A DNA stretch of 64,000 nucleotides from Acetobacteraceae bacterium (GCA_035500775.1 DATJWY010000068.1:567-64566); one strand, 5' to 3'; shown: positions 9,326 to 18,367, counted from the stretch's first letter. Translations and numbers: made by a program. The notes: generated by a model from the sequence alone, not told the origin.

Positions 9326-10002
9326 GCATGTGATTCCTTGCTGTCCTTGGGGCTGTCCTCAGGAGCGTCATGGCCGCCTCGCCCCTGGTCGATCGCCATG
9401 CTGACGCACTCGATCAGGGCTTGCGGATCGTAGGCGAGACCACCGCCGCTCCAGGCGATCTCGATGGCGCCGGGGGCGAGCCCGTCATCCGCGCGTGGGG
9501 TGAGGCGCGGCGCGAGGCCGGCCCAGCCGGGCAGGGCGGTGAGGGCGGCGATCGTGTCGGGGCGGGCGCGGAGCATCAATGTCTCCGGCGCCCGCTCCGC
9601 CAGCGTGTCGGCGATCAGTCGGTGTAGTTCCGCGCCGCCGGCATGGGCCATCAGCATCGGAAAAAGCGTGCGCAAGGCGGCGGCGAGGGTGAGCCGCATC
9701 CCAGCCTCCAGCGCCGCCAGATTCGCCGCGTGCGCCGCGTCGAGCCGCTCCAGCGCCGCCGCCAGATCCGTCTCGGTATCCCGCCGCGCCGCTTCCGTGC
9801 GCGCCGCTGCCAGTGCCGCCTCGCATTCTTCCCGGGCCGCCGCCATGCCTTCCTGGCGCCCAGCTTCCAGTCCGGCCGCGAGGCCGGCCGCATGCCCATC
9901 CGCATAGGCCTCGTCCCGCACGCGGACGAGGCCCTGCGCCTGTTCAGCCTCTGCCCCCTGGCCGAAGGCTGCCGCGGGCGGCGGAACGAAGCGCCGGTTC
10001 AT
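9322..10002 (-). CDS. fliH: flagellar assembly protein FliH
   Basis: Ala/Glu-rich protein (..EAYADGHAAGLAAGLEAGRQEG..) placed between fliF and fliN. The ATG at 10002 overlaps the fliF TGA (ATGA); the track ORF extends to 10026. Confidence 0.7.
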   Translation of the reverse strand: MNRRFVPPPAAAFGQGAEAEQAQGLVRVRDEAYADGHAAGLAAGLEAGRQEGMAAAREECEAALAAARTEAARRDTETDLAAALERLDAAHAANLAALEAGMRLTLAAALRTLFPMLMAHAGGAELHRLIADTLAERAPETLMLRARPDTIAALTALPGWAGLAPRLTPRADDGLAPGAIEIAWSGGGLAYDPQALIECVSMAIDQGRGGHDAPEDSPKDSKESHA

Positions 10003-11576
10003 GCCCGGCTGCTTTCCGCGATCCAAACCCGGATGACCGCGACCGATTCATCCAGGCGGTGATCAACCAGCTGATTGAGTTCGGAGATGAAGGAGGCGCG
10101 GATCGCCCCCTCCATGGAGGCGAGGGTGACCATCTCCTCATGCGGCGCTTCCAGCATTTGCTGCGCCTGCCGTTCGGCTTCGAGCCGCGCCAGTTCCGTC
10201 CTCTGGTTCCGCTGGCGCCGGCGCCACGCCAGCAGGAAGCCGCCGCCCGCCGCCAGCAGAAGCACCACGGCGCCGCCCCCGACCGCCATCATGCCGGTCG
10301 GCGAGCCGGTGAGCGCCTGGATGGCGGTCGGCGTTTCCGTGCCGGGCGAGTCCTCGGCGACGAAGGGCAGTGTGTCCACCGAAATGCGGTCGCCGCGCTT
10401 TTCGTCGAAGCCGACCGCGGAACGAACGAGATCCGTCAGCCGGGTGAGTTCCTCCTGCGGCCGTGGCTGAAATTTGCCCTGCGCGTCGGTCAGGCCGTCC
10501 ACCACGACCGCGACGGTCAGGCGCCTGATCCGTCCGGGTTCGCGGATTTTTTCGTCCACGGTTGAGCTGATCTCGTAATTGATCGTCTCGCCCTGGCGCG
10601 TGGAGGTGGTGGTGGAGCGGTCGTTATTCCCGCCCACCTGCTGGTTCGGCACGTTTTGCCCGACCGTCACCGGATCGCCGGGGCGCGTCTCGTCCGATTT
10701 CTCGGAATCATTCTGGGTCTGCCGGGAGCGTTCGACCTGCGACAGCGGATCGAACTTCTCCTCCCGCTGCGTTTCGCGCGTTTCGTCGATATCCACCGAG
10801 GCGATCGCCCGGACCTTGTCATGCCCGACGAACGGCTCCAGCAGAGCCAGCACCGCGCGCTGGATCTTCTGCTCCTCGGCCGCCTTCATCTCGTCGATCC
10901 GGCTTACCGCCAGGGCGTCCCCGTCTTCGGCGGCGAGCACGACGCCGGAGGGATCGAGGATCGACACATCCTCCTGCTTCAGCCGCGGCACGGCGCCCGC
11001 GACCAGCAGTCGGATCGCCGCGGCCTGGGACGGGGTGAGGCGCTCGGGGCCGGACATGGTGACCGCGACCGAGGCGGTCGGCTTCGGCGTATCCCTTGCG
11101 AAACTCTCGCGCTCGGGTAGCACGATATGGACCCGTGCCGTCCTGACCCCATCCAGGGTGGAGATCGTCCGCGCCAGTTCCCCCTCAAGCGCGCGCAGGC
11201 GCTGCACCCGCTGCATGAACGAGGTCATGTTCATGGGGGATTGCGAATCGAGCAGCTCGTAGCCCGCCCCGTTCAGATGCGGCAGGCCGGAGGCGGCAAG
11301 CTCCATGCGCACGCGCGCGACCTGCGAGTTTGGGATCAGGATCGTCGTGCCGTCGCCCCGGGCATCAGCCGGGATCTTCAGTTCCTCAAGCCGCTGCATG
11401 ATCCGTCCGCCCTCCGCGGGATCGAGCCCGGAATACAAGATCCCGAGCGGTTCCGCCGGGCGGGCGGCGATCCAGGCGATCAGGGCGAGAACAGTTATCG
11501 CAACGACGCCAAGCGTGCCCAGTTTCGCGGGAGGGAGCCGCAGGGCGGCGTTCTTGAGGTTTGCGAATTGCTCCAT
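9999..11576 (-). CDS. fliF: flagellar MS-ring protein FliF
   Basis: 525-aa ORF with an N-terminal TM (LGVVAITVLALIAWIAA), a YscJ/FliF periplasmic region (..ELAASGLPHLNGAGYELLD..LEGELARTISTLDGVRTARVHIVLP..) and a C-terminal TM. Confidence 0.93.
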   Translation of the reverse strand: MEQFANLKNAALRLPPAKLGTLGVVAITVLALIAWIAARPAEPLGILYSGLDPAEGGRIMQRLEELKIPADARGDGTTILIPNSQVARVRMELAASGLPHLNGAGYELLDSQSPMNMTSFMQRVQRLRALEGELARTISTLDGVRTARVHIVLPERESFARDTPKPTASVAVTMSGPERLTPSQAAAIRLLVAGAVPRLKQEDVSILDPSGVVLAAEDGDALAVSRIDEMKAAEEQKIQRAVLALLEPFVGHDKVRAIASVDIDETRETQREEKFDPLSQVERSRQTQNDSEKSDETRPGDPVTVGQNVPNQQVGGNNDRSTTTSTRQGETINYEISSTVDEKIREPGRIRRLTVAVVVDGLTDAQGKFQPRPQEELTRLTDLVRSAVGFDEKRGDRISVDTLPFVAEDSPGTETPTAIQALTGSPTGMMAVGGGAVVLLLAAGGGFLLAWRRRQRNQRTELARLEAERQAQQMLEAPHEEMVTLASMEGAIRASFISELNQLVDHRLDESVAVIRVWIAESSRA

Positions 11577-11655
11577 GAAATGCTTCCGCAGCTCCTCAAT
11601 TCGGCCTTCTGCCGGTTCGCGGGCGGTCCGTGCGGGACAGAGCCACCATTTTCAC

Positions 11656-11671
11656 TGGCGCGAAAACGGCA
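11656..11671 (+). promoter_or_regulatory. candidate sigma54-type -24/-12 element upstream of fliL
   Basis: TGGCGCGAAAACGGCA has GG at 11657-58 and GC at 11669-70, the exact GG-N10-GC spacing. It lies about 75 nt upstream of the fliL ATG. The -12 region is CGGCA rather than TTGCA, and no sigma54 activator gene is in the window. Confidence 0.3.
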
Positions 11672-11746
11672 GAGAGGTTATAGCTTGTGCGTCGCCAGTT
11701 GTCGCGCGAAAAACGCAGCGTTCCTCACGCAGGGCAGAAGGAAGCC

Positions 11747-12256
11747 ATGGCAGAAAACCCCCCGGGAGCGGATCGCAAGGAAAAGCCGGGCGCGTCGCCT
11801 GGGAAGCGCAGGCGCGGCCCTCTGATCATTCTCATCGCCGCCCCCCTCCTGCTCGCCGCCGGAGGCGGCGCGGCTATCTACCTTGTTCCCGGCGTCGGAA
11901 ATGTTGCGAAAAGCCTGTTCAGCCCGGCCGCCCCGCCACCGGATGCGAACCACCCCAATTTCGTCACCCTTCCCGAGATGACGATCACCCTGCCGAATGG
12001 CGGGCGTCCGCGCCAGCTCAAGATCACGATCGCCATGGAGCTTGCGAAAATTCCGGATAATGGCAAGCCGGAGGACATTATCACCCCCCGTCTTTACGAC
12101 CAGCTCATCACCTATCTGCGGACCCTGCGGGATGCGGATGTCGATGGCGGTATCGCCATCGACCGGCTGCGCGGCGATCTCTATCGTCGTCTCGTCCTGC
12201 TGCTCGGCGATGGCGTGGTGCGGGACGTGCTGATCACCAGTTTCGTTGTCGCGTGA
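11747..12256 (+). CDS. fliL: flagellar basal-body-associated protein FliL
   Basis: TM segment LIILIAAPLLLAAGGGAAIY followed by ..NFVTLPEMTITLPNGGRPRQLKITIAMEL..LRGDLYRRL.., the FliL pattern. Start set at the ATG at 11747 (MAENPP); the track ORF begins at 11687. Confidence 0.85.
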   Translation: MAENPPGADRKEKPGASPGKRRRGPLIILIAAPLLLAAGGGAAIYLVPGVGNVAKSLFSPAAPPPDANHPNFVTLPEMTITLPNGGRPRQLKITIAMELAKIPDNGKPEDIITPRLYDQLITYLRTLRDADVDGGIAIDRLRGDLYRRLVLLLGDGVVRDVLITSFVVA

Positions 12257-12269
12257 GGGCGCGGCCCGG

Positions 12270-13433
12270 ATGAGCGGAACCGATCCCAAGAACGGCCAGA
12301 TGAGCGAGGATGAGCTTGCGGCTGCCTGGGCTGCCGCGGCGGAGCAGCCGGCCACGGCAGACAAGGCGGCTGAGGCCGCGCCCGCTGCCGCCACGGCAGC
12401 GGCTGAGGCGCCCGCGCCCGCCACCGGAGGCGATGCCCTGGCCGCGGAATGGGCGAAATCGGCGGGCAGGGCGCTCGATCAGACGGATATCGACAATCTT
12501 TTCGGTGGTCCAACTCCCGCGAAAAATAAAGACCAGATCCGTTCCGGCTTCGAGGCCCTGGTTGGCGGCGCGGTCGTCGGCATGGAGCGGATGCCGATGC
12601 TCAACATTGTCGTTGACCGGCTGTCCCGGCTGATGACGACGAGCATCCGCAAGTTCACCGCCGATAATGCCGATGTCAGCATCGAGCGCACACGCCCCGT
12701 GCGGCTGCGGGATTTCCTCGATTCCATCGCCCTGCCGGCGATGATCGCCGTGATCCGCGCCGAGCAATGGGACAGCTATTGCCTGGCGGCGCTCGATTCC
12801 CGCCTGATCGGCTCGATCGTGGACGTGTTGCTGGGCGGCCGTAAAAATCAGCTGCAGCCGATCGAGGGCCGCCCCTACACGCCGATCGAGCGCACTTTCG
12901 TCGAGCGCCTGGTCGGGGATGTGATCACCAAGGATCTCAAGCGGTCCTTCGAGTCGATCTGCGAGGTGGATTTCACCCTCGAACGCTTCGAGGGCACGCC
13001 GTCCTACGCTGCCATCACCAAGCTCACGGCCGCGGCGGTGACGTTCCGGGCCGAGGTGATGATGGAGGGGCGGGGCGGGCATATCGACTTCCTGATCCCC
13101 TATGCCGCCCTCGAACCGGTGCGTGACGTGCTGAGCCAGGAATTCGTCGGCAAGAAGCAGGGCGGCGACACGATCTGGCGCTCCCATCTGCTCACCGAGG
13201 TGCCGCGGGCCGAGGTGCGGTTGCGCGCCGTCATCGAGAGGCGGCAGGTCCCGGCGCAGGAGCTCGCACGCTGGCAGGTCGGTTCCATGCTGGTGCTGGA
13301 CCGGCGCCACGATGATCCGATCGACGTGTTTTGCGGCGACCTGCTCGTATTCCGGGCGCGCATCGCCGAACAGGATGGCCGCGTCGCCCTCCATGTCGAG
13401 GAGCGGCACATCGCTGAGGACTGGCCCCACTGA
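12270..13433 (+). CDS. fliM: flagellar motor switch protein FliM
   Basis: ..PMLNIVVDRLSRLMTTSIRKFT.., ..RFEGTPSYAAI.. and the C-terminal SpoA-like ..VGSMLVLDRRHDDPIDVFCGDLLVFRARIAEQDGRVAL... Start 12270 or 12246. Confidence 0.9.
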   Translation: MSGTDPKNGQMSEDELAAAWAAAAEQPATADKAAEAAPAAATAAAEAPAPATGGDALAAEWAKSAGRALDQTDIDNLFGGPTPAKNKDQIRSGFEALVGGAVVGMERMPMLNIVVDRLSRLMTTSIRKFTADNADVSIERTRPVRLRDFLDSIALPAMIAVIRAEQWDSYCLAALDSRLIGSIVDVLLGGRKNQLQPIEGRPYTPIERTFVERLVGDVITKDLKRSFESICEVDFTLERFEGTPSYAAITKLTAAAVTFRAEVMMEGRGGHIDFLIPYAALEPVRDVLSQEFVGKKQGGDTIWRSHLLTEVPRAEVRLRAVIERRQVPAQELARWQVGSMLVLDRRHDDPIDVFCGDLLVFRARIAEQDGRVALHVEERHIAEDWPH

Positions 13434-13466
13434 GCCGGGGCTTTCGCACGGAGAATCCGAAAAACC

Positions 13467-13982
13467 ATGCCCTATTTTCTGCTCGATGCCACGGGCCTCG
13501 CCCTTCTCGGTTTCCTGGCCGCCTATCTCGCCTTCCTCGCCCGTCGCATGAATCGGCTGCGCGCCGCCATCGCCGAGGCCGGGGATGTGCTGCCCGCCCT
13601 CAATACCGCGGTCTCCCGCATGAGTGACGCCGCCAGCGGCTTTTCCCGGCGCATCCAGAAAGAGATGGAGACGATCGACACCCAGGTGGCCGGCGCCCGG
13701 CGGGTCTCCGCCGACCTCGCCGAGGCCAGCCGCAATGCAGGGGAGGTGGTTGCCCAGCTCGACCGGCAGTTGCGCCAGACGAAGCGGCTGGAAAGCGCCC
13801 GGGCGGCGGCCATTCCCCGCGAGCTTGCCGAGCCCAAGGGTTTCGCCGAGCGTCTCGCCCAGCAACGCGCCGCCCAGCCGGCGATGCAGACTTCCCCCAT
13901 CGCCTTCGCCGGCCGCCCGGCTGTCATCGCGGCCCCCATCACCGAGGCCGGCGAGCGCACCGTGCGGGTGAGCATGCTGTGA
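13467..13982 (+). CDS. hypothetical membrane-anchored coiled-coil protein of the fliLM unit
   Basis: 171-aa ORF with an N-terminal TM (GLALLGFLAAYLAFL) followed by a helical region. From memory, a similar ORF sits between fliM and motE-like genes in other alphaproteobacteria; this is not verifiable here. Confidence 0.55.
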   Translation: MPYFLLDATGLALLGFLAAYLAFLARRMNRLRAAIAEAGDVLPALNTAVSRMSDAASGFSRRIQKEMETIDTQVAGARRVSADLAEASRNAGEVVAQLDRQLRQTKRLESARAAAIPRELAEPKGFAERLAQQRAAQPAMQTSPIAFAGRPAVIAAPITEAGERTVRVSML

Positions 13983-14063
13983 TGCCGGTGGCGGACACGG
14001 ATCGCGCCGCGCGGCGGCCTGTCCGCCCTTGATCCCCCTCCTCAGTTCGCTTCGGAGTCCTTC

Positions 14064-14771
14064 ATGATCGCACCCTCGCGCGTCACTCCCCGGGTGGAGC
14101 CGCCTCGCTCCAAGGGAGGTGGCTGGCTGCTTCCCCTCGCCATGGTCGGGCTGGCCGCGCTGGTGCCTGGGCGGGTCGGCAGCTTGCTCGCGCACTGGGA
14201 CACCGCGGTCGCCATGCGCACAGGCGCCGAGGTGGTCGCCCTGGCCGGTGATCCGCCGGCGCCGGATGCCCCGGTGGTAACGTTGCGTGATGGCGTGCAG
14301 GCTCGCCCCGTCGTCTCCGTCACGCTTTCCGGGGATGCCCGGCCGGCGCCGGTCGGCGATGACCAGCCGGAGGATGGGCGGCTCTTGGCCGAGGTGGCGC
14401 GGCGGCAGGCGGAGCTGGACCGGCGGGAGCATGAGCTGGAAACCCGCGCGGCTCAGGTCGCGGCGGCGGAGAAGCTGGCCAGGGAACAGATCGTCGAACT
14501 GACGCACATGCGCCAGGAGATCGAGCGGTTGGTGACCGTCCAGAGCGCGGCGGCGGATGCCGATATCGACGCCCTGGTTGGGCTCTACCAGAACATGAAG
14601 CCGGTGCAGGCCGCCGCGGTGCTCGGCAAGCTGGAGCCGCCCAAGGCCGCGACCATCCTGCAGCGGCTGGACAACCGGACCGCCGGCCCGATCCTGGCGT
14701 CGATGGACCCGAACGCGGCGCTCGCCATCACCGAGGAAATCGTGCAGCGGCGGGCAGCGTTTCGCCACTGA
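14064..14771 (+). CDS. MotE-family / MgtE-N-like flagellar protein
   Basis: 235-aa ORF with a signal/TM, a coiled coil, then ..LVGLYQNMKPVQAAAVLGKLEPPKAATILQRLDNRTAGPILASMDP.., an MgtE intracellular N-domain-like motif typical of MotE/FlbB-type proteins. Confidence 0.7.
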   Translation: MIAPSRVTPRVEPPRSKGGGWLLPLAMVGLAALVPGRVGSLLAHWDTAVAMRTGAEVVALAGDPPAPDAPVVTLRDGVQARPVVSVTLSGDARPAPVGDDQPEDGRLLAEVARRQAELDRREHELETRAAQVAAAEKLAREQIVELTHMRQEIERLVTVQSAAADADIDALVGLYQNMKPVQAAAVLGKLEPPKAATILQRLDNRTAGPILASMDPNAALAITEEIVQRRAAFRH

Positions 14772-14831
14772 GGAAGAGCAGCAAGACAAACAGGGGAAGC
14801 GTGCTCCCCCAAACCTTTAAGTAAGGCGGGT

Positions 14832-14925
14832 CCGGGGGCGCTCGCCCCCGGCGGGGTTTCAGGGGCGGAGCCCCTGAGCCTTGGAGCATGATCGGATCAG
14901 GTTGACTGATACGATCATGATCCAA
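14832..14925. repeat. REP-like multi-hairpin intergenic element, copy A
   Basis: Three hairpins: CCGGGGGCG-CT-CGCCCCCGG (14832-14851); CAGGGGC-GGA-GCCCCTG (14860-14876); TTGGAGCATGATCG..17 nt..CGATCATGATCCAA (14881-14925, 13/14 pairing). Related copies are at 27903..27994 (opposite orientation) and 34046..34094. Confidence 0.7.
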
Positions 14926-15013
14926 CGCCTTGTTTTGAGAAAGCGATTCACGCTTTCAGACTGTCAGCTTCAAGCGATCGCGCTCTAAGGGCACCGGAAA
15001 TGCCCGCCCGCTC

Positions 15014-15892
15014 TCAGCAGGTCACATGCACGACGGAGGAAGCGGCGGCCCCGAAAGCCGGGTCCCAATCCTCCACTTTCGCCGGGGCGGGTTCCGCGAA
15101 GCCGGGCACGATGCCGGCCGCGGCCAGGAACGTCCTGAGATCGTCAAGCGTGACGGCGGAGGCATGGCCGCCCGCCGCATCGCCGGCGAAAATCACGCCG
15201 ACGACATTGCCGGCACCGTCGATCACCGGTCCGCCGCTTTCGCCGGGACCGGCGGAGGCAGCGATGTCCACCACCCAGCGCAGCCGCTCGGCGTTCCGTG
15301 CGCCGAAATAGGCGACGCCATCCGCCCAGGTCGGCTCGATCGTATGGCCGTTCTGGTCGGTCATTACGAAACTTGTCGAAACCCCGCCTTCGGGCTTGTG
15401 CAGGGTGAGGGCGGCGCCTTCCACCGTGCCCTGTGTGGCGCCGAGCGTGCCGGGGGCAACCTGGCCCTCACCGCTCATCGGGTAGCCCAGCAGCATGACT
15501 CGCGCCCCATGCGGCAGGCGCGGCGTGGCGGAGAGGGGCAGGGCAGGGATGCCCGCCTTCGGGCCGCTTAGCAAGGCAAGGTCCAGCGCCGGGTCCTCAT
15601 AGGCAATTCGCCAAGTGCCGGGATGGCCGTCCACGGAGATCGGCGCCTGCTCGGCCCGGCAACGCAGGGTGACATGGGCATTGGTAACCAGCATGCCATC
15701 GGCGATGGCGAAAGCGCTGCCGGAATGCCGGCCGGCGAGTGGCGTCTGCTGCTGAGGTTGGGGGGGCGCTTTGCCGGCACTATCCGGGGGAAGGAAGCGG
15801 GCGGCGAGCACCGTTCCGAGGAATCCGGTCATGAGCAAGGACGCGAAACCGCTCCAGTGCAGGAGCGGCCGTCCGGAATCGCGCGGAGCCAT
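15014..15892 (-). CDS. membrane-anchored trypsin-like (S1 family) serine protease
   Basis: 292-aa ORF with an N-terminal TM (FASLLMTGFLGTVLAA). Catalytic-triad contexts are TNAHV, DLALL and GPGESGGPVIDGAGNVVGVIFAG. Confidence 0.75.
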   Translation of the reverse strand: MAPRDSGRPLLHWSGFASLLMTGFLGTVLAARFLPPDSAGKAPPQPQQQTPLAGRHSGSAFAIADGMLVTNAHVTLRCRAEQAPISVDGHPGTWRIAYEDPALDLALLSGPKAGIPALPLSATPRLPHGARVMLLGYPMSGEGQVAPGTLGATQGTVEGAALTLHKPEGGVSTSFVMTDQNGHTIEPTWADGVAYFGARNAERLRWVVDIAASAGPGESGGPVIDGAGNVVGVIFAGDAAGGHASAVTLDDLRTFLAAAGIVPGFAEPAPAKVEDWDPAFGAAASSVVHVTC

Positions 15893-16032
15893 GCGCCTCG
15901 CTTCCAGTCTGCGAAAAGATACGAAGTTTTATCACAGATGGCGGATGATTCCAATCATCGCCGGATTGCAGCCGCTCTCCCCATCCGCGAGGGATCAGGA
16001 GAGAACGGCCTGACGACCAGAAAGGAGTGAAT

Positions 16033-16479
16033 ATGCGAAACGGAGAGGCTTCCAGACGCATCCGTCTGCAGAGTCTGGGGTCCCTGGTCAAGCTCGCGCG
16101 TCGTGGCGTGGATGAGCGTCGGGCGGAGCTGTCCAGGATTGAGCAGGCGCTGGCGGAGGCCGCTCAGCTTGTTGCCGGGCATGATGCGCGGGCAGCGGCG
16201 GAGATGGAGGCGGCCAGGCAGGACCTGGCGGCCATGACCGCCTATCCCGCCTGGTCGGCGCAGGCCATGCGCCAGCGTGAGCAGCTGGAATTGCGCTGCC
16301 AGCAGTTGGAGACGGCCGGCGAGGCGGCGCGCGAGGCCCTGCGGGAGGCTTTCGCCGAACTCAAGCGTCTGGAGTTGGCGCAGCAGGCGGCGGAGCGGGA
16401 TGCGCGCCGGGCCGCGCTGTGCCGGGCGGAGAAGCGGGCGGAGGATCAAGAATACGCACGCCTGCGGGAAGTAGCCTGA
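16033..16479 (+). CDS. fliJ: flagellar export protein FliJ (alphaproteobacterial type)
   Basis: 148-aa all-helical Arg/Ala/Glu-rich protein (..LVKLARRGVDERRAELSRIEQALAEA..FAELKRLELAQQAAERD..). AAAGGAG lies 6 nt before the ATG at 16033. Confidence 0.65.
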   Translation: MRNGEASRRIRLQSLGSLVKLARRGVDERRAELSRIEQALAEAAQLVAGHDARAAAEMEAARQDLAAMTAYPAWSAQAMRQREQLELRCQQLETAGEAAREALREAFAELKRLELAQQAAERDARRAALCRAEKRAEDQEYARLREVA

Positions 16480-16639
16480 TCCGGTAGCCATGGGGCGTTG
16501 CCCGGCTTTGGCGATGGCATGCCCCGGATGCCGTGCTTCGTGAGCTTGCCCGGTGAGCACCAGCCGGACCGCGCGCGGTCCGGCTGGTGCTGGGTTGAGC
16601 CGTCCGGCGCGGATGGGTGCGCCGGACAGACATCGGTCC

Positions 16640-18367
16640 TCAGTCCTGCGTGTCCACCGCGATCCCCGGCCGCTTGCGGAACTTCTCCCACACCGCCAGT
16701 ACTTCGTTGATCTGGCTGTTCTGATCCGCCTTGCGCAGATCGAGCAGCCGGTCCCGCAGCTTCAGGATCATGTGCCCGGCCGGCAGGTCGGCCGCCGATT
16801 CCAGCCGGTCGAGGAAGACCCGGCCAAGGCGCGGATCATCCCGCAGGATCTTGTGCGCGACATACAGCATGGCCGAGGAGCGGCCATGCCGGACCATCTT
16901 CCGGCTGAAGCCGCGGAGCTGCATCAGATCCGGATTGTCGCGGATCACGTCCCGCACCTCAATGGCGGTCGGACGGGCATTCGGCTGGTCGGCGGGGCGC
17001 AGATCGCGCCGCCAGAGCAGAACGGCGGTGGCCGAGATCAGCGCCTTGTCGCCGAAATCCTCGAACAACTCATCGACGGGCGGCGCCTTCTTGGCCTGCT
17101 TGTCGTAGGTCTCGAACGCCTCTTCCGGCAGGCCGCGCATCACCATGACCTCGATCGGCTGCCCGGCCTCGATCACCGCGGAGAGGCGGTGCTGGCCGTT
17201 CAGGAGCCGGCCGGAGCGGGAGAAGCAGATCGGCTGCGCATTGAACATCCACTGGCCGTTCTTGATGTCCCGCGCCAGGGCCTCGACATGGGATTGCACG
17301 ATGTTGCGGTTGCCGCGATTGGCCGCGAGGTAAAGCTCGGCCTGCTGCGGCGTGATCGTCTCGACGGTCATGGAATAGGTGGAGGGATCGCGCAGCGCCT
17401 CCTCCGCCTCGGCGACGAGGCGCATCTCGGTCCGGGCGCGGTCCTCGGAATGCACCGGGTCCTTGAGGCCGTGATAGCCGGCGAGAGCCGGGAATTCCTC
17501 GCCGGTGCGTGGATGCTTGACGATGTCACTCCAGGTGTAGGCGTCGCTGCGCGTGCCGGCGATGGTGTCATTCAGCGCCTTGATGCAGACGGCGAAGAGC
17601 GCGACCGAGGAGAGGCGGTGCGCCTTGTCGGCCCGGCCTTCCAGCAGGCGGCGGCGGATCATCACGCCCGGCTCGTCCGCCTCGAACTTCTCGGGATGCG
17701 CGATCGCGTCGAGGAAGCGGCGGATCGCCGTGCGGTCCACCTGCAGGCCCATGAAGGTGAGCGGGGTGCGGATGCTCTCGGAGAGGAGGCGCGCCGGATG
17801 GTCGAAGCTGAATTTCACCGCTGTCTCGATCTCGGCGCGGTTCGCCTCCAGGCTGCGCTCCATGCGGCTCCAGGGCGGGGTGGAGGTGCCGCGGGTCAGC
17901 GTGCCGTCATCGTAGCGGATCAGCTTGGCGAGCATGCCGGCGACCGCGCCCGGCCGGTGCACGCCCCGCGTCTCCAGCACGCCGGTGAAGGAGCGGCGGC
18001 GCTGCTGGTCGATCGTGTGGACGGTGTCGTCCGAGACGTTCTGGGCGAGGGCGGTGATGAAGGGGGTCTTAGCCTCGATGCAGGCATAGAGGCGCTGCAG
18101 CCCGTCCAGCAGCACGCCGTTGCGCGAGATGATGATCGGCATGCCGTTCAGCACCCACTCGCCATTGCGCATCGCCTGGGCATAGCTGGCGACGGCCGCG
18201 GCGTTGCGCTTACCGGCGGGGCGTTTGCGGGCGAGGAATTCGGGCGCCATTTCCGGCGTGATGCGCACGATCGAGAATTCCGCCGAATGCGCGTCCGCGC
18301 TCCTGTTTTGCGCTGTCTGGCTGAACAGATCGGCCGTGGTTTTGGCGAGCGCGGTATCGACTGGCAT
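16640..18367 (-). CDS. tandem-duplicated ParB/sulfiredoxin-fold (ParB N-terminal-like) protein
   Basis: Two homologous halves. Half 1: ITPEMAPEFLA..NAAAVASYAQAMRNGEWVLNGMPIIISRNGVLLDGLQRLYACIEAKTPF. Half 2: ITPQQAELYLAANRGNRNIVQSHVEALARDIKNGQWMFNAQPICFSRSGRLLNGQHRLSAVIEAGQPI. The GQHR motif is intact only in half 2. Start set at the ATG at 18367, preceded by GAGGAGGAGA; the track ORF extends to 18568. Confidence 0.65.
   Translation of the reverse strand: MPVDTALAKTTADLFSQTAQNRSADAHSAEFSIVRITPEMAPEFLARKRPAGKRNAAAVASYAQAMRNGEWVLNGMPIIISRNGVLLDGLQRLYACIEAKTPFITALAQNVSDDTVHTIDQQRRRSFTGVLETRGVHRPGAVAGMLAKLIRYDDGTLTRGTSTPPWSRMERSLEANRAEIETAVKFSFDHPARLLSESIRTPLTFMGLQVDRTAIRRFLDAIAHPEKFEADEPGVMIRRRLLEGRADKAHRLSSVALFAVCIKALNDTIAGTRSDAYTWSDIVKHPRTGEEFPALAGYHGLKDPVHSEDRARTEMRLVAEAEEALRDPSTYSMTVETITPQQAELYLAANRGNRNIVQSHVEALARDIKNGQWMFNAQPICFSRSGRLLNGQHRLSAVIEAGQPIEVMVMRGLPEEAFETYDKQAKKAPPVDELFEDFGDKALISATAVLLWRRDLRPADQPNARPTAIEVRDVIRDNPDLMQLRGFSRKMVRHGRSSAMLYVAHKILRDDPRLGRVFLDRLESAADLPAGHMILKLRDRLLDLRKADQNSQINEVLAVWEKFRKRPGIAVDTQD

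Noticed and set aside
12234-14789. 851-aa minus-strand ORF spanning fliM, the 171-aa ORF and the motE-like gene
   Set aside because: It is antisense to well-supported flagellar genes. The translation is Arg/Gly/His/Pro-rich with no domain signature, a typical high-GC shadow ORF.
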